DNA of 64,000 nt from assembly GCA_002104905.1 (NCBI GenBank), contig MCFE01000095.1:1-64000 (forward strand), in the 5' to 3' direction. Below the pieces are notes generated by a model. The model ran no database searches. It worked only from the letters and a program-made list of their open reading frames with translations, and was not told where the DNA came from. This document shows positions 49,139 through 61,461 of the stretch, piece by piece. This DNA is from Basidiobolus meristosporus CBS 931.73 (taxonomy: Eukaryota; Fungi; Basidiobolomycota). Within the stretch, counting starts at the first letter, position 1, and each line of letters begins with the position of its first letter. Both the position numbers and the translations under genes were made by a program.

Positions 49139-52100
49139 TGTTGTAAGAGTCTTGGAGATACTGGAAGTGATTGGGAGGACAAGTAGATTATGTGGTTTTC
49201 ACTTAATGACTTATTGAATGTAAAGTAGTATTTATACTTTTACATGATCTTGGCATTACAAGCACGTATAATAGGCTAAGAAAGGTCCTAAGAACATGTG
49301 TGCAGAGTTTGGGGCTGTTTGGACAACTTTGAGAATTTTCATGTTCTGGGTACCTGGTATTTTGGTGAAAATATTCTAAGTAAATCCCAACAAGGAATTT
49401 GGTCAGTATTCTCTAGAATTTGAGGGTAATGATTAAAGTGATCAAGTTAGGTGAATATTTAGGTGGAACTACAAATTCTTACAACACTCCCACTCAGCTA
49501 AATGTTCATACTGACTAGTCTTAGTTTTGACCTAAAATATTCAAATTTGTCTCTAGCTAATGGTTTGGTAAATATGTCTGCAATCATTTCATCTGTAGGA
49601 CAGTAAACTAAGCTAACTAAGTTATTCTCTATAGCTTCACATATGAATGATGTCTAATATCTATATGCTTATTTCAAGCATGAAAAGTTGGATTTCTACC
49701 TAACTGTATACATCTTTGATTATCTTGAAATAAAGTAATAGGCGTTTTTTGACATAGGCCTAAATCTGTAAAAAGCTTTCTTAACCACATTGCTTCTTTT
49801 GTAGCTTCACAGGCTGCCATATACTCTGTCTCTGTGGTAGAAAGTTCTACAGTTGGTTGCTTTCTTGAATTCCATGAAATTGCTCCTTTACAGTAAAGAA
49901 AGGTATATCCTGTGGTGGATCTTCTGTCTTCTAAATTTTGTCCCCAATCAGCATCAGAGTATCCCACAAGATCCTGTTCTGAATCCTTATAAGTGTATCT
50001 TAAGCAGATATCAGCAGTTCCTTTTAGGTATCTAAAAATCTGCTTAACTGCTGCAATATGATCAGATCCATAGTTCTGATTATGATGGCTGACAACTCCC
50101 ACTGAATATGAGATATTGGGACGTGTTATAAGCATGATATACATCAGACTGCAGACCATAGATTGATAAGAAAAGTCAGGGCTTTCAGATGGCACCAAGC
50201 TCTCTTGATTTGGGTGAGTTTTGACCAAGTTAAGGTTAGTCCCCATTGGGGTAGCTGCCGGTTTACAGTCTTCTATTTGGTACTTCTTTTGTATAGCTCA
50301 AATATACTTGGACTGGCTTAGGGTAACAGTCTGGGTACTTCTGTCTATGGAGAACTTTATCCCTAAGTAGTAACTAAGTTCTCCTAGATTGGACATCTTG
50401 AACTCCTTAGATAGGCTGGATTTAGTCTCCTCCAATGTTTCTAGGTTATTGGTGGCTATAATTAGATCATCCACATATAGAGCTAATAGAACTGGATTTG
50501 CTCTGACTGGCTTATAGTATATACTATAGTCAGCATTACTCCTTTTGAAACTCAAAGATTCCAAATAAGAAACTATCTTGCAATTCCAGGCTCTTGGTGA
50601 TTGTTTGAGACCATATAGTGACTTTTTAAGCTTACAGACCAAATGGGGGCTATCTTGGTCAACAAACCCATCAGGCTGGTCCATATACACATCCTCATCA
50701 AGTTCTCCATTTGAATATGCAGTTTTTACATCCATTTGATGAATAAAAAACTTATATTTGGCTGCAATAGCCAATATTAATCTGATGGAATTAAACTTGG
50801 CTATTGGTGCAAAGGTCTCAGAATAGTCAAGTCCTTTTGTTTGAGAGTATCCTTTGGCCACAAGTCTTGCTTTGTGTCTTTCAATTGTACCATCAGCCTT
50901 GTATTTTGTCTTGAAGACCCATCTGTATCCAACTGATTTTTGGTTAATTGGCAATTTGATAAAGTCCCAAGTTTGATTTTCCATCAGGGCCTGATATTCC
51001 TCAGTCATTGCAGATCTCCAAAACTTTGTCTGAGGGCTATTTAGTACCTCTTTACAGTCTGGGACTCATCAATATGTACTGAATAGGCATAGGCTAAGTT
51101 TGTACCCTCATTGACATAGTAACTTGGGCTATTTCTTGTCTAATTGGATCTCAGGGATATTCAATACTGGAATGATCACTTCTGGGATATTCCTAGGCAT
51201 TGATTCTGGCTGGACCATGGTTGTAGAGTCCTCTGGAGTGAAAAAATTTCATTGTTTTGCTCTGATTCAATCCTGACAATTGGTGGACTTGGGATCAGAT
51301 TTTTGTCATCATATGTTGTCATCTTTGTGAAAATTTTGAGTTTTAACCAAACAACACATCCCTGAGCTGGATTAGCTTCTTTGCTTTGATATTGTAGAGT
51401 CTGTAGGCTTTACTCTCATTGCAGTAACAAAAAATATGCATTTTACACTTTTTGGCTCAAATTTTGACTGATTGCCAGGCAGTTTCATGGCATAAGCTGT
51501 ACACCCAAATATTCTTAGATGTTCTGCACTTGGTCTGCATCCATACCATGCTTCAAATGGAGTAGAATCACAAAGTATTCTGTTATAACACCTATTTTTA
51601 AGATATACAGCAGTGGCAACTGATTCCGCCCAAAAATCATAGGATAATTTTTGATCATGAATCATAGATCTTGCCATAGCAATTATTGATCTGTTAGCAC
51701 GTTCTGCTACTCCATTTTGCTGTGGGGAGTATAGTACAGTAGTCTCTTGCTTTATCCCATGAATCTTGCAGAAGTGTATGAAGAGTTTTGAGGTATATTC
51801 TACACCATTGTCAGAGCGTATTTTCTTGATTTTTTCACCAGTTTCTCTCTCCACCATGGCTTTGAACTCCCTGAGCTTAGACAGAGCTTCTTCCTTTCTC
51901 TCCATGAAGTAGGCCCATGTGTATCTTGTACAATCATTGGTAAAAGTGATTAAATACTTCATCCTGCCTAAGGATAAATTTTGCATATCTCCACACAGAT
52001 CTGAGTGAGTTAGATCTAATTTTTTCTTAGTTTTGATCAACCCAGAGCTCTTGAGCAGTTGTCTGGCTTGTTTCCCATATATGCAGGCTTCACAGTGCTC

Positions 52101-53818
52101 CAAATTGACTGGGGGATCAATTTTTACTCCAGAAATTAGCTGATCTTTGATCATTTTGTGCAAATAATCAAAATTGATGTGCCCAAATCTCCTGTGCCGA
52201 AGCATTGGTGTTTCTTCATTTGAGTTACTGATATTGGCTTTCAAATATGATGGAATATAAGTCAACTTGTATAAATTCTGATCTCTGATACCCAAAGCAA
52301 TATGGGCATCATTTTGATCAGTAATCTTGCATCCAGAATTGTCAAAGCTGAAACTGAGTCCTTCTGCAGTGGCCTTGCTTACAGATAGTAGGTTTGTGGC
52401 TATTTCTGGTACATAGAGTACTTCTTTGAAAGTCAGTGTATGGCTTCCTTCACTGCTTCTTAGGTTTGCTTGGATAGTTCCTTCTCCCACTGCATCAAAT
52501 GTTCAATCATCACCCATGAAAACCTTCTTAATTGGAATTTCTTGATATTTGGTAAAAAGTTCTTTTTCGTGTGTAAAGTGTGGAGATGCTCCAGAGTCAA
52601 TATACTATGTCTGAGAATCCTTGTTTGTGGTCATATTTAGTGCAGATATGAATAGTCAATTTTCAGTTGTTGCAGCGTTTCCATATTCAGGCTTTTTGTG
52701 CTGACTATCTTTCTTTTTGAGACACCGGTCTGATGTGTGTCCTTTCCTTTTGCAGTAGTTGCAAAACAGGTTGCTGTTGCCTTTGTAGGGTCTTGGGTAC
52801 CTCCTTTGTTGGTTATCATTACTTATTAAAGCATCTTCTTCTTCCTTCTTATTGATGCTTGATTTTCTTAATTCTTCATCCAGGAGCCCTCCATACACAT
52901 AACTTAAGGTCAAATCTTCAGTTCTGGACTCTAGGGCTGATACAAGGCCCTGAAACTTGTCTGTCAGGCTATTCAGGATGGTAACTATCACATCCTCATC
53001 AGTAGTTGGTACACCCACAGATTCCAACTCATCTACCAGCAGGGTAATTCTGTTAATTAGATTTTTCATTTCTTCTCCTTGCAGCATTTGTGTAGTAAAG
53101 AATTTTTGTCTCAGATACATTTTCTTGGCAGCTGAACATTACTGGTAGGTGTCTTCTAATGCCTTCCAGGCATTCTTTGCTGTTTTTGCTCTTAAGCATT
53201 GTAATAGCAATTTGTCTTTAACATTAAGGCAAATGCAGTTAAAGGCACTTTGCTCTTTCTTCTGGTACTTTAAGGCTTCCTCTCCCACGTTTTTAGGAGG
53301 GCATTCTTCTCCCATAACAATATCCCAAAGGCCTCTTTCTTGCAGCAGCATCTTCATCTTCACCTTCCACACTTGGTAGTTAGATCCATCCAACTTTTCA
53401 GCAGAGGGAAAAATTCCAGTAATAGCAGTAGTTGACATTGCAGAGAGTGACAGCTTGGGGCTCATAGCCTGTTGTAAGAGTTTTGGAGATATTGGAAGTG
53501 ATTGGGAGAACAAGTAGTTTATGTGGTTTTCACTTAATGATTTATTGAATGTAAAAGTGGTATTTATACTTGGACATGGTCTTGGCATTGCAAACATGTA
53601 GAATTAGCTGAGGAAGGTCCCAAGAACATGTGTGCAAAGCTTGGGGCTGTTTGAACAACTTTGAGAATTTTCATGTTCTGGGTACCTGGTATTTTGGTGA
53701 AAATATTCCAAGTATATCCAGACAAGGAATTTAGTCAGTATTCTCTATGAATTGAAGGTAATGATCAATGTGACTTAGTTAGGTGAATATTTAGGTGGAA
53801 TTACAAATTTTTACAACA
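49139..53818 (-). mobile_element. Near full-length degenerate Ty1/copia retrotransposon (3' LTR 49139-49486, 5' LTR 53470-53818)
   Basis: Copia order gag-PR-IN-RT-RH. CNYCKRKGHTSDRC; YIDSGAS; HRRFGH; HSDLCG, SDNGVEY, PQQNGVAER; [21 protein letters not shown]; GYSDADWG, SWNSRKQ. PBS 53458-53469, PPT 49487-49495. Many stops and frameshifts. Confidence 0.96.
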
Positions 53819-54522
53819 CTTCTAAGCTTTACTTGCATAGGTCCTTCCCCCATTGCATTAAGTGCTTGGTTGTCACCCATGAAAGCCTTCTTAATTGGAA
53901 TTTCTTGGTATAGGGTAAAAAGTATTTTCTAGTGTGTAAAATGTAGAGATGCTCCAGAGTCAATATAACATGTCTGAGAATCCTTGTTCTTGGTCACATT
54001 TAGTGCAGATATGAATAGTCTATCTTCAGCTGTTGCAGCTTTTCCATGTTCAGGCTTCTTTTGCCAATTATTACTCTTTTTGAGACACCCATTTGAGGTC
54101 TGTCCTCTCCTATTGCAGTAGTTGCAAAACAGGTTACTGTTGCCTTTCATGGGCTTGGGTACCTCCTTTGTTGGTTATTGTTGCTTATTAATGCATTTTT
54201 GTCTTCCTTCTTTTTGGCGCTTGATTTTCTTAATTCTTCATCCAGGAGCCCTCCATACACATAACTTAAGGTTAGATCTTCAGTTCTGGACTCTAGAGCT
54301 GATACAACACCCTGAAGCTTGTCTGTCAGTCTATTCAGGATGGTAACTATCAGATCTTCATCAGAAGTTGGTATGCCCACAGATTCCATCTCATCCACCA
54401 ACAGGGTAACTCTGTTAATTAGATTTTTCATTACTTCTTCCGGCAGCATCTTTTTAATAAAGAATTTTTGTCTAAGATACATTTTTTTAGCAGCTGAACA
54501 GGATTGGTAGGTAACTTCTAAT
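53819..54522 (-). mobile_element. Older copia gag-protease fragment (inverted continuation of 49011-49138)
   Basis: Begins ATTAG-aagttacc on the minus strand, continuing the gag broken at 49138; includes YLRQKFF, LLDEE, CNYC and YIDSGAS. Confidence 0.85.
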
Positions 54523-55616
54523 TGTTGTAAAAATTTGTATTTCCACCTAAATATTCACCTAACCTAGTCACTTTGATCTTTACCTTCAATTCATAGAGAA
54601 TACTGACTAAATTCCTTGTCGGGATATACTTGGAATATTTTCACCAAAATACCAGGTACCCAGAACATGAAAATTCTCAAAGTTGTTCAAACAGCCCCAA
54701 GCTTTGCACACATGTTCTTGGGACCTTCCTCAGCTAATTCTACATGTTTGCAATGCCAAGACCATGTCCAAGTATAAATACTACTTTTACATTCAATAAA
54801 TCATTAAGTGAAAACCACATAAACTACTTGTTCTCCCAATCACTTCCAATATCTCCAAGACTCTTACAACAGGCTATGAGCCCCAAGCTGTCACTCTCTG
54901 CAATGTCAACTACTGCTATTACTGGAATTTTTCCCTCTGCTGAAAAGTTGGATGGATCTAACTACCAAGTGTGGAGGGTGAAGATGAAGATGCTGCTGCA
55001 AGAAAGAGGCCTTTGGGATATTGTTATGGGAGAAGAATGCCCTCCTAAAAACGTGGGAGAGGAAGCCTTAAAGTACCAGAAGAAAGAGCAAAGTGCCTTT
55101 AACTGCATTTGCCTTAATGTTAAAGACAAATTGCTATTACAATGCTTAAGAGCAAAAACAGCAAAGAATGCCTGGAAGGCATTAGAAGACACCTACCAGT
55201 AATGTTCAGCTGCCAAGAAAATGTATCTGAGACAAAAATTCTTTACTACACAAATGCTGCAAGGAGAAGAAATGAAAAATCTAATTAACAGAATTACCCT
55301 GCTGGTAGATGAGTTGGAATCTGTGGGTGTACCAACTACTGATGAGGATGTGATAGTTACCATCCTGAATAGCCTGACAGACAAGTTTCAGGGCCTTGTA
55401 TCAGCCCTAGAGTCCAGAACTGAAGATTTGACCTTAAGTTATGTGTATGGAGGGCTCCTGGATGAAGAATTAAGAAAATCAAGCATCAATAAGAAGGAAG
55501 AAGAAGATGCTTTAATAAGTAATGATAACCAACAAAGGAGGTACCCAAGACCCTACAAAGGCAACAGCAACCTGTTTTGCAACTACTGCAAAAGGAAAGG
55601 ACACACATCAGACCGG

Positions 55617-57502
55617 TGTCGTAGGGTAAACATACCTCCCACAGACAAGTTTATTCATATAGTCATTATGATATACTTATCCATATTTTATCTTATCAGT
55701 ATTATCGCATTCTTCTTTTGCTCATATTATCAGTATTATCCCCATATGATGTTTACCCTAATTAGTTATTAGCATTAGTTATCCCAGATGTTATTCAGCT
55801 TTGTGATCAGTATATGTATCCACATACGGCAAGTACCCACGTCAGTACCCATGACACATGACCTAGGTCTGTGTTACCATCCCTACCATTTCAAAACCAT
55901 ATATGGTATTTCTATGTTGCACAGGTTTCAGACTACTATTCCTGATTGGTTGAATGTGCTGTGCCTTTTAGAACCTTCCAGGACATTCTTGGTATATTCT
56001 TAGCTCATAGTGATGTCATCAAGAATTCCACTGATACCTAGAATCTTCTAGAACCATGTCATTAGTAATCACTTGGTAATCAGGAAAAGTATTTAAGCAA
56101 AGCAATCCCTCATCAATAAATCATCCCTCCTATCAGTAACACTTCTACCTTATTGATTAGCAGTTGATCACTGCACCTGCCTTCAACAGTACATCTCAGA
56201 CCTGCCATCAAGGAGCTTTTCAGGGTAGTGCACAAGACACACAGAGGCCTTTGGAGACACTTGGAGCACCTAGGAAGCTAGAGAAGCAGGAGCTTTTACC
56301 ATAGTGACATATTGACAAAGACACCAGCAGTTTAGACACAGAGGTTATTGCACCCATCAGACACCTCACAAACCTTGAGTTGTGTAGCTTCTCCCAGGAG
56401 TACCTCTACACCACCACACCAGTGTGGTGGTGTATAAGTCCAAAGAGCAAAATACGGCCAACACCTCTCAAGTGTGAATGTGTGTGGGGTGTTCACTGGG
56501 TGCAATAACCTCTGGCAGAAGCTTGCTGGGAATACTGGGTCTTTTGTCTAATCTAATGTGATGGGGGATAAAGCCTCAAGCTTGTCAAGGGAAAACTATT
56601 GAACTACAATCCCCAACTTAGTTGGCGTCTTAACAAAAGTTTATAATGGCTTTGACGTCCTTTGAGATGACAATGTACTAAAGCTTCCAAAGTCAAAACA
56701 ACTGTAAACTCCACCAACAGGGACTTGATAAGAATGCAGCTTTGACCAATAGTTACAAAGACTGAAAAGTATCTTTGCCTGTACAAGAACAAACTTGGGA
56801 AAACAAACAAATATAATAAAATATACCTACTCTGAGTATTCCTCACAAGTAGTGCCGCCAAGGTCAGTTGGCTGTCAGCGTGGTTTCCGGGGAGTATTGT
56901 CAGGTCTGAGTCAGAAAATAGTGGTAATAGGTAGCGGTGATCTCACTAATCAATAAGTTGGAATATTGGAAGAGGGATGATTTATTTTAAGGGATAGCCT
57001 CCCTTATATACTTTTTTGCTGCTCAAATTCTTGCTAGAAAATACTTTCTGGAAGTTTCCAGAAGGTAGTAGACAACCAATCATGTCTTTGTGTACTAAAA
57101 ATAGCGCAAATTTTTGGCGGATTGTTCCATGAGACATAGTAGCACCTAGCCAATCAGGTAGTGGTAATATGAAACCTCTGTGTCATGTGGTTGCCTCTGA
57201 TGGTAGTGAGATGGGAGGGTTATGAAACCAAGATGGTCACATGACATGGGCACTGTTGGGGTACTTGCCTTATAAGGTAACTATCTTATCTTGGCATCTT
57301 GGCAAGGAATAAGAATAGCTTGTGCAATGGGTTAATAGTGACAAATAGTTTGTCAGGTCGCATAGTAATAATCACATAGACAAAAATAGGAAATATTGCA
57401 AATTTGGGATGATAATAATATAGGCAGGGTAATCATTTTTAGGGAAGTGAACGCATAAGAATGAGCACATCTGCCTGTGGGTGTCACTGTGACCCCACTA
57501 CA
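55617..57502. mobile_element. 1886-bp TG...CA insertion with 4-bp TSD (CCGG/CTGG), made of two diverged LTR-like units in inverted orientation
   Basis: Removing it restores gag gaccggtgtctcaaaaag. The halves share inverted exact words AATAAATCATCCCTC, CTTATTGATTAG and GGCAAGTACCC. No coding capacity recognised. Confidence 0.75.
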
Positions 57503-59116
57503 CTGGTGTCTCAAAAAGAAAGATAGTCAGCACAAAAAGCCTGAATATGGAAATGCTGCAACAACTGAAAATTGACTATTCATATCTGCACTAAATATGA
57601 CCACAAACAAGGATTCTCAGACATAGTATATTGACTCTGGAGCATCTCCACACTTTACACACCAAAAAGAACTTTTTACCAAATATCAAGAAATTCCAAT
57701 TAAGAAGGTTTTCATGGGTGATGATTGAACATTTGATGCAGTGGGAGAAGGAACTATCCAAGCAAACCTAAGAAGCAGTGAAGGAAGCCATACACTGACT
57801 TTCAAAGAAGTACTCTATGTACCAGAAATAGCCACAAACCTACTATCTGTAAGCAAGGCCACTGCAGAAGGACTCAGTTTCAGCTTTGACAATTCTGGAT
57901 GCAAGATTACTGATCAAAATGATGCCCATATTGCTTTGGGTATCAGAGATCAGAATTTATACAAGTTGACTTATATTCCATCATATTTGAAAGCCAATAT
58001 CAGTAACTCAAATGAAGAAACACCAATGCTTTGGCACAGGAGACTTGGGCACATCAATTTTGATTATTTGCGCAAAATGATCAAAGATCAGCTAATTTCT
58101 GGAGTAAAAATTGATCTCCCAGCTAATTTGGAGCACTGTGAAGCCTGCATATATGGGAAACAAGCCAGACAACTATTCAAGAGCTCTGGGTTGATCAAAA
58201 CTAAGAAAAAATTAGATCTAACTCACTCAGATCTATGTGGACCTATGCAAAATTTATCCTTAGGCGGGATGAAGTATTTAATCAGTTTTATTGATGATTA
58301 TACAAGATACATGTGGGTCTACTTCATAGAGAGAAAGGAAGAAGCTCTGTCTAAGTTCATGGAGCCCATAGTCATAGTAGAGGGAGAAGCTGGTGAAAAC
58401 ATCTAGAAAACATGCTCTGATAATGGTGGAGAATACACCACAAAACTCTTCATCTGCTTCTGCAAGATTCATGGGATAAAGCAAGAGACTACTGTACCAT
58501 AATCCCCACAGCATAATGCAGTAGCAGAACTGGCAAACAGATCAATAATTGGCATGGCAAGATCTATGATTAATGGTCACAAATTATTTTATGATTTTGG
58601 GCGGAATTAGTTGCCACTGCTATATGCCTTAAAAATAGGAGTTATACTGAATACATTGTGATTCTACTCAATTTGAAGCATGGAATGGGTACCAACCAAG
58701 TGCAAAACGTCTAAGAATATTTGGTTGTACAGCATATGCCAAGAAACTGCTTGGAAATCAGCCAAAATCTGAGCCAAAAAGTGCAAAATGCATAATCTTG
58801 GGCTACTGCAATGAAAGTAAAGTATACAGACTCTACAATACCAAAACAAAGAAGCTAATTAAATTCAGGGATGTGTTGTTTGAAGAAAATTCAAAATTTT
58901 CACAAAAAATGACAACAGAGGATGACAAAAATCTGATCTCAAGTCCACCAATTGCCTTGATGGAATCAGAGCAAAACAGTCAAAATTTTTTCACTCCAGA
59001 GGACTCTACAGCCACGGTTCAGCCTGAAGCAGTGCCCAGGAATATCCCAGAAGTGATCATTCCAGTGTTGAATATCCCTGAGATCCAATCAGAGAAGAAA
59101 TAGCCCAAATCACTAC

Positions 59117-59625
59117 TGTCATTACTACATGACATCCCTGGGCTCCAATTATCAAGCTAAATCAAGTCAGTAAAGAAATCCAAGCTCCTTCTAGAAGGTT
59201 CTACTACATTCTAGCAACTTCCTGAAAGCTCCAAGTCCACATTGCACAATGGAATATTGTATGGAAGTCTCCCATTGGAATTTATGTAGTTCCATACCCT
59301 ATATGGTGGTACATGTCATATGACCTGATCACTTGATCAGCCAACCCCTGACATATCCCCATGTGATATTCTAGTTTGTTATTTAGCATATTTCTATCTT
59401 GGCACAATTACTGTGCCTCACCCCAGAACCCTATCAGTGTTAGCCAGTATCTCTTGGCATCCATATTGCCAAAGAGTATATATAGTCCTATCCCCATTAT
59501 GTACTCCTCAGTCTGATAAGCACAAGTCTTGAATAAGCACCCTTGCCTTGTTGATTCACACCTAAGTCCTTTCCTGGTCCTGCCTTGCCTAGCCCTACTC
59601 TCCTGCCTTGTGTCTATTCATAATA
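59117..59625. mobile_element. ~510-bp non-coding insertion, probable solo LTR of another family (TSD ACTAC/ACTAT)
   Basis: Absent from the homologous position of the minus-strand copy (~51110-51130); starts TGTCAT; TATA-like gtatatatag; 3' terminus degenerate. Confidence 0.6.
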
Positions 59626-61461
59626 ACTATATCTATGAGTGTACAAACTTAGCCTATGCCTATATAGTCCATATTGATGAACCCCAGACTGTAAAAGAGG
59701 CCCTAAATAGCCCTCAGACAAAGTTTTGGAGATCCGCAATGACTGAGGAGTATCAGGCCCTGATGGAAAATCAAACTTAGGACTTTGTCAAATTACCAAT
59801 CAACCAAAAATCAATTGGATGCACATAGGTCTTCAAGACAAAATACAAGGCTGATGGTGCAGTTGTAAAATACAAAGCAAGACTTGTGGCTAAAGGATAC
59901 TCTCAAGCAAAAGGAGTTGACTATCATGAGACATTTTCACCAGTAGCCAAGTTTAATTCCATCAGATTAATATTGGCTATTGCAGCCAAATATAAGTTTT
60001 TTATTCATCAAATGGATGTAAAAGCTGCAATTTCAAATGGAGAACTTGATGAGGATCTGTTTATGCACCAGCCTGATGGGTTTGCTGACCCAGATAACCC
60101 CCACTTGGTCTGTAAGCTAAAAGAGTCACTATATGGTCTCAAACAATCACCAAGAGCCTGGAATTGAAAGATAGATTCTTATTTGGAATATTTGAGTTGC
60201 AAAAGGAGTAGTGCTGACTACAGTATATACTATAAGCCAGATAGAGCAAATCCAGTTCTATTAGCTCTACATGTGGATGATCTTATTATAGCCACCAATA
60301 ACCTTGCAACATTGGAAGAGACTAAATCCAGCCAATATAAGGAGTTCAAGATGTCAAATCTAGCAGAACTCAGTTACTACTTAGGGATTAAGTTCTCTAT
60401 AGACAGAAGTACCCAGACTATTACCCTACGCCAATACAAGTATATTTGAGCTATACAAAAGAAGTACAAAATGGAAGACTGTAAACCAGCAGCTACCCAA
60501 ATGGAGACAAACTTGAACTTGGTCAAAACTCAACCATATCAAGAGAGCTTGGTGCCATCTGAAAGCCCTGACTTTTCTTATCAGTCTATGGTTGGCAGTC
60601 TGAGGCATATCATGCTTGGAACATGTCCAGATATCTCATAATCAGTGAGAGTTGTAGCCACATAATCAGAACTATGGATCTGATCATATTGCAGCAGTTA
60701 GCAGATTGATAGATACCTAAAAGCACTTACTGATATCTGCTTAGGATACACTTATTAGGATCTAGGACAGGATCTTGTGGGATACTCTGATGCTGATTGG
60801 GGACAAAATTTGGAAGACAGAAGATCCACCGCAGGTTACACCTTTCTATACTGTAAAGGTGCAATTTCATGGAATTCAAGAAAGCAACCAACCAGGGCAC
60901 TTTCTTCCACAGAGGCAGAGTATATGAGAGCCTGTTAAGATATTGAGCATCATTTCATATGTGAAACTATAGAGAATAACTTAGTTGGCTTAGTTCACTG
61001 TCCTTCCAATGAACTGATTACAGACATATTAAGCAAGCTATTAGCTAGAGCCATGTTTGATTATCTTAGGTCAAAATTAGGACTAGTCAGTATGAGCATT
61101 TAGCTGAGTGGAAGTGTTGTAAGAATTTGTAATTCCACCCTAAATATTGACCTAAATTAATCACTTAGATCATCACATCAAATCCTAGAGAATACTAACC
61201 AAATTCCTTATAGGGACTTACTTAGAATATTTCACCAAATAACAGGTATCCAGAACATGAAAATTCTCAAAGTTGTCCTAACAGCCCCAAACTTTGCACA
61301 CATGCTCTTGGGATCTTCCTGGTTGCATTTTATGTGTTTATTATGCCAAGACCATGTAGAAGCTTAAATTCTACTTTTACATTCAATGAATCATGAAGTG
61401 AAGACCACATAAACTACTTGTTCTCCCAATCACTTCCAATATCTCCAAGACTCTTACATCA

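Larger units (their letters stand above)
54523..61461 (+). mobile_element. Second degenerate copia copy (5' LTR 54523-54871, 3' LTR 61115-61461) carrying two nested insertions
   Basis: LTR, PBS, gag, PR, IN (HRRLGH, HSDLCG), RT ([18 protein letters not shown]), RH (GYSDADWG) and PPT, interrupted at 55617-57502 and 59117-59625. Confidence 0.93.

Noticed and set aside
53139-53597. Apparent 152-aa ORFs starting inside LTRs (MFAMPRPCPS...; also 4232-4543, 47191-47397, 47944-48342, 54744-55202)
   Set aside because: Read-through of LTR U5/PBS sequence into gag; not separate genes.
56339-56514. hAT-type MITE interpretation (CAG...CTG termini)
   Set aside because: No 8-bp or other TSD in the flanks; kept only as a structural observation.
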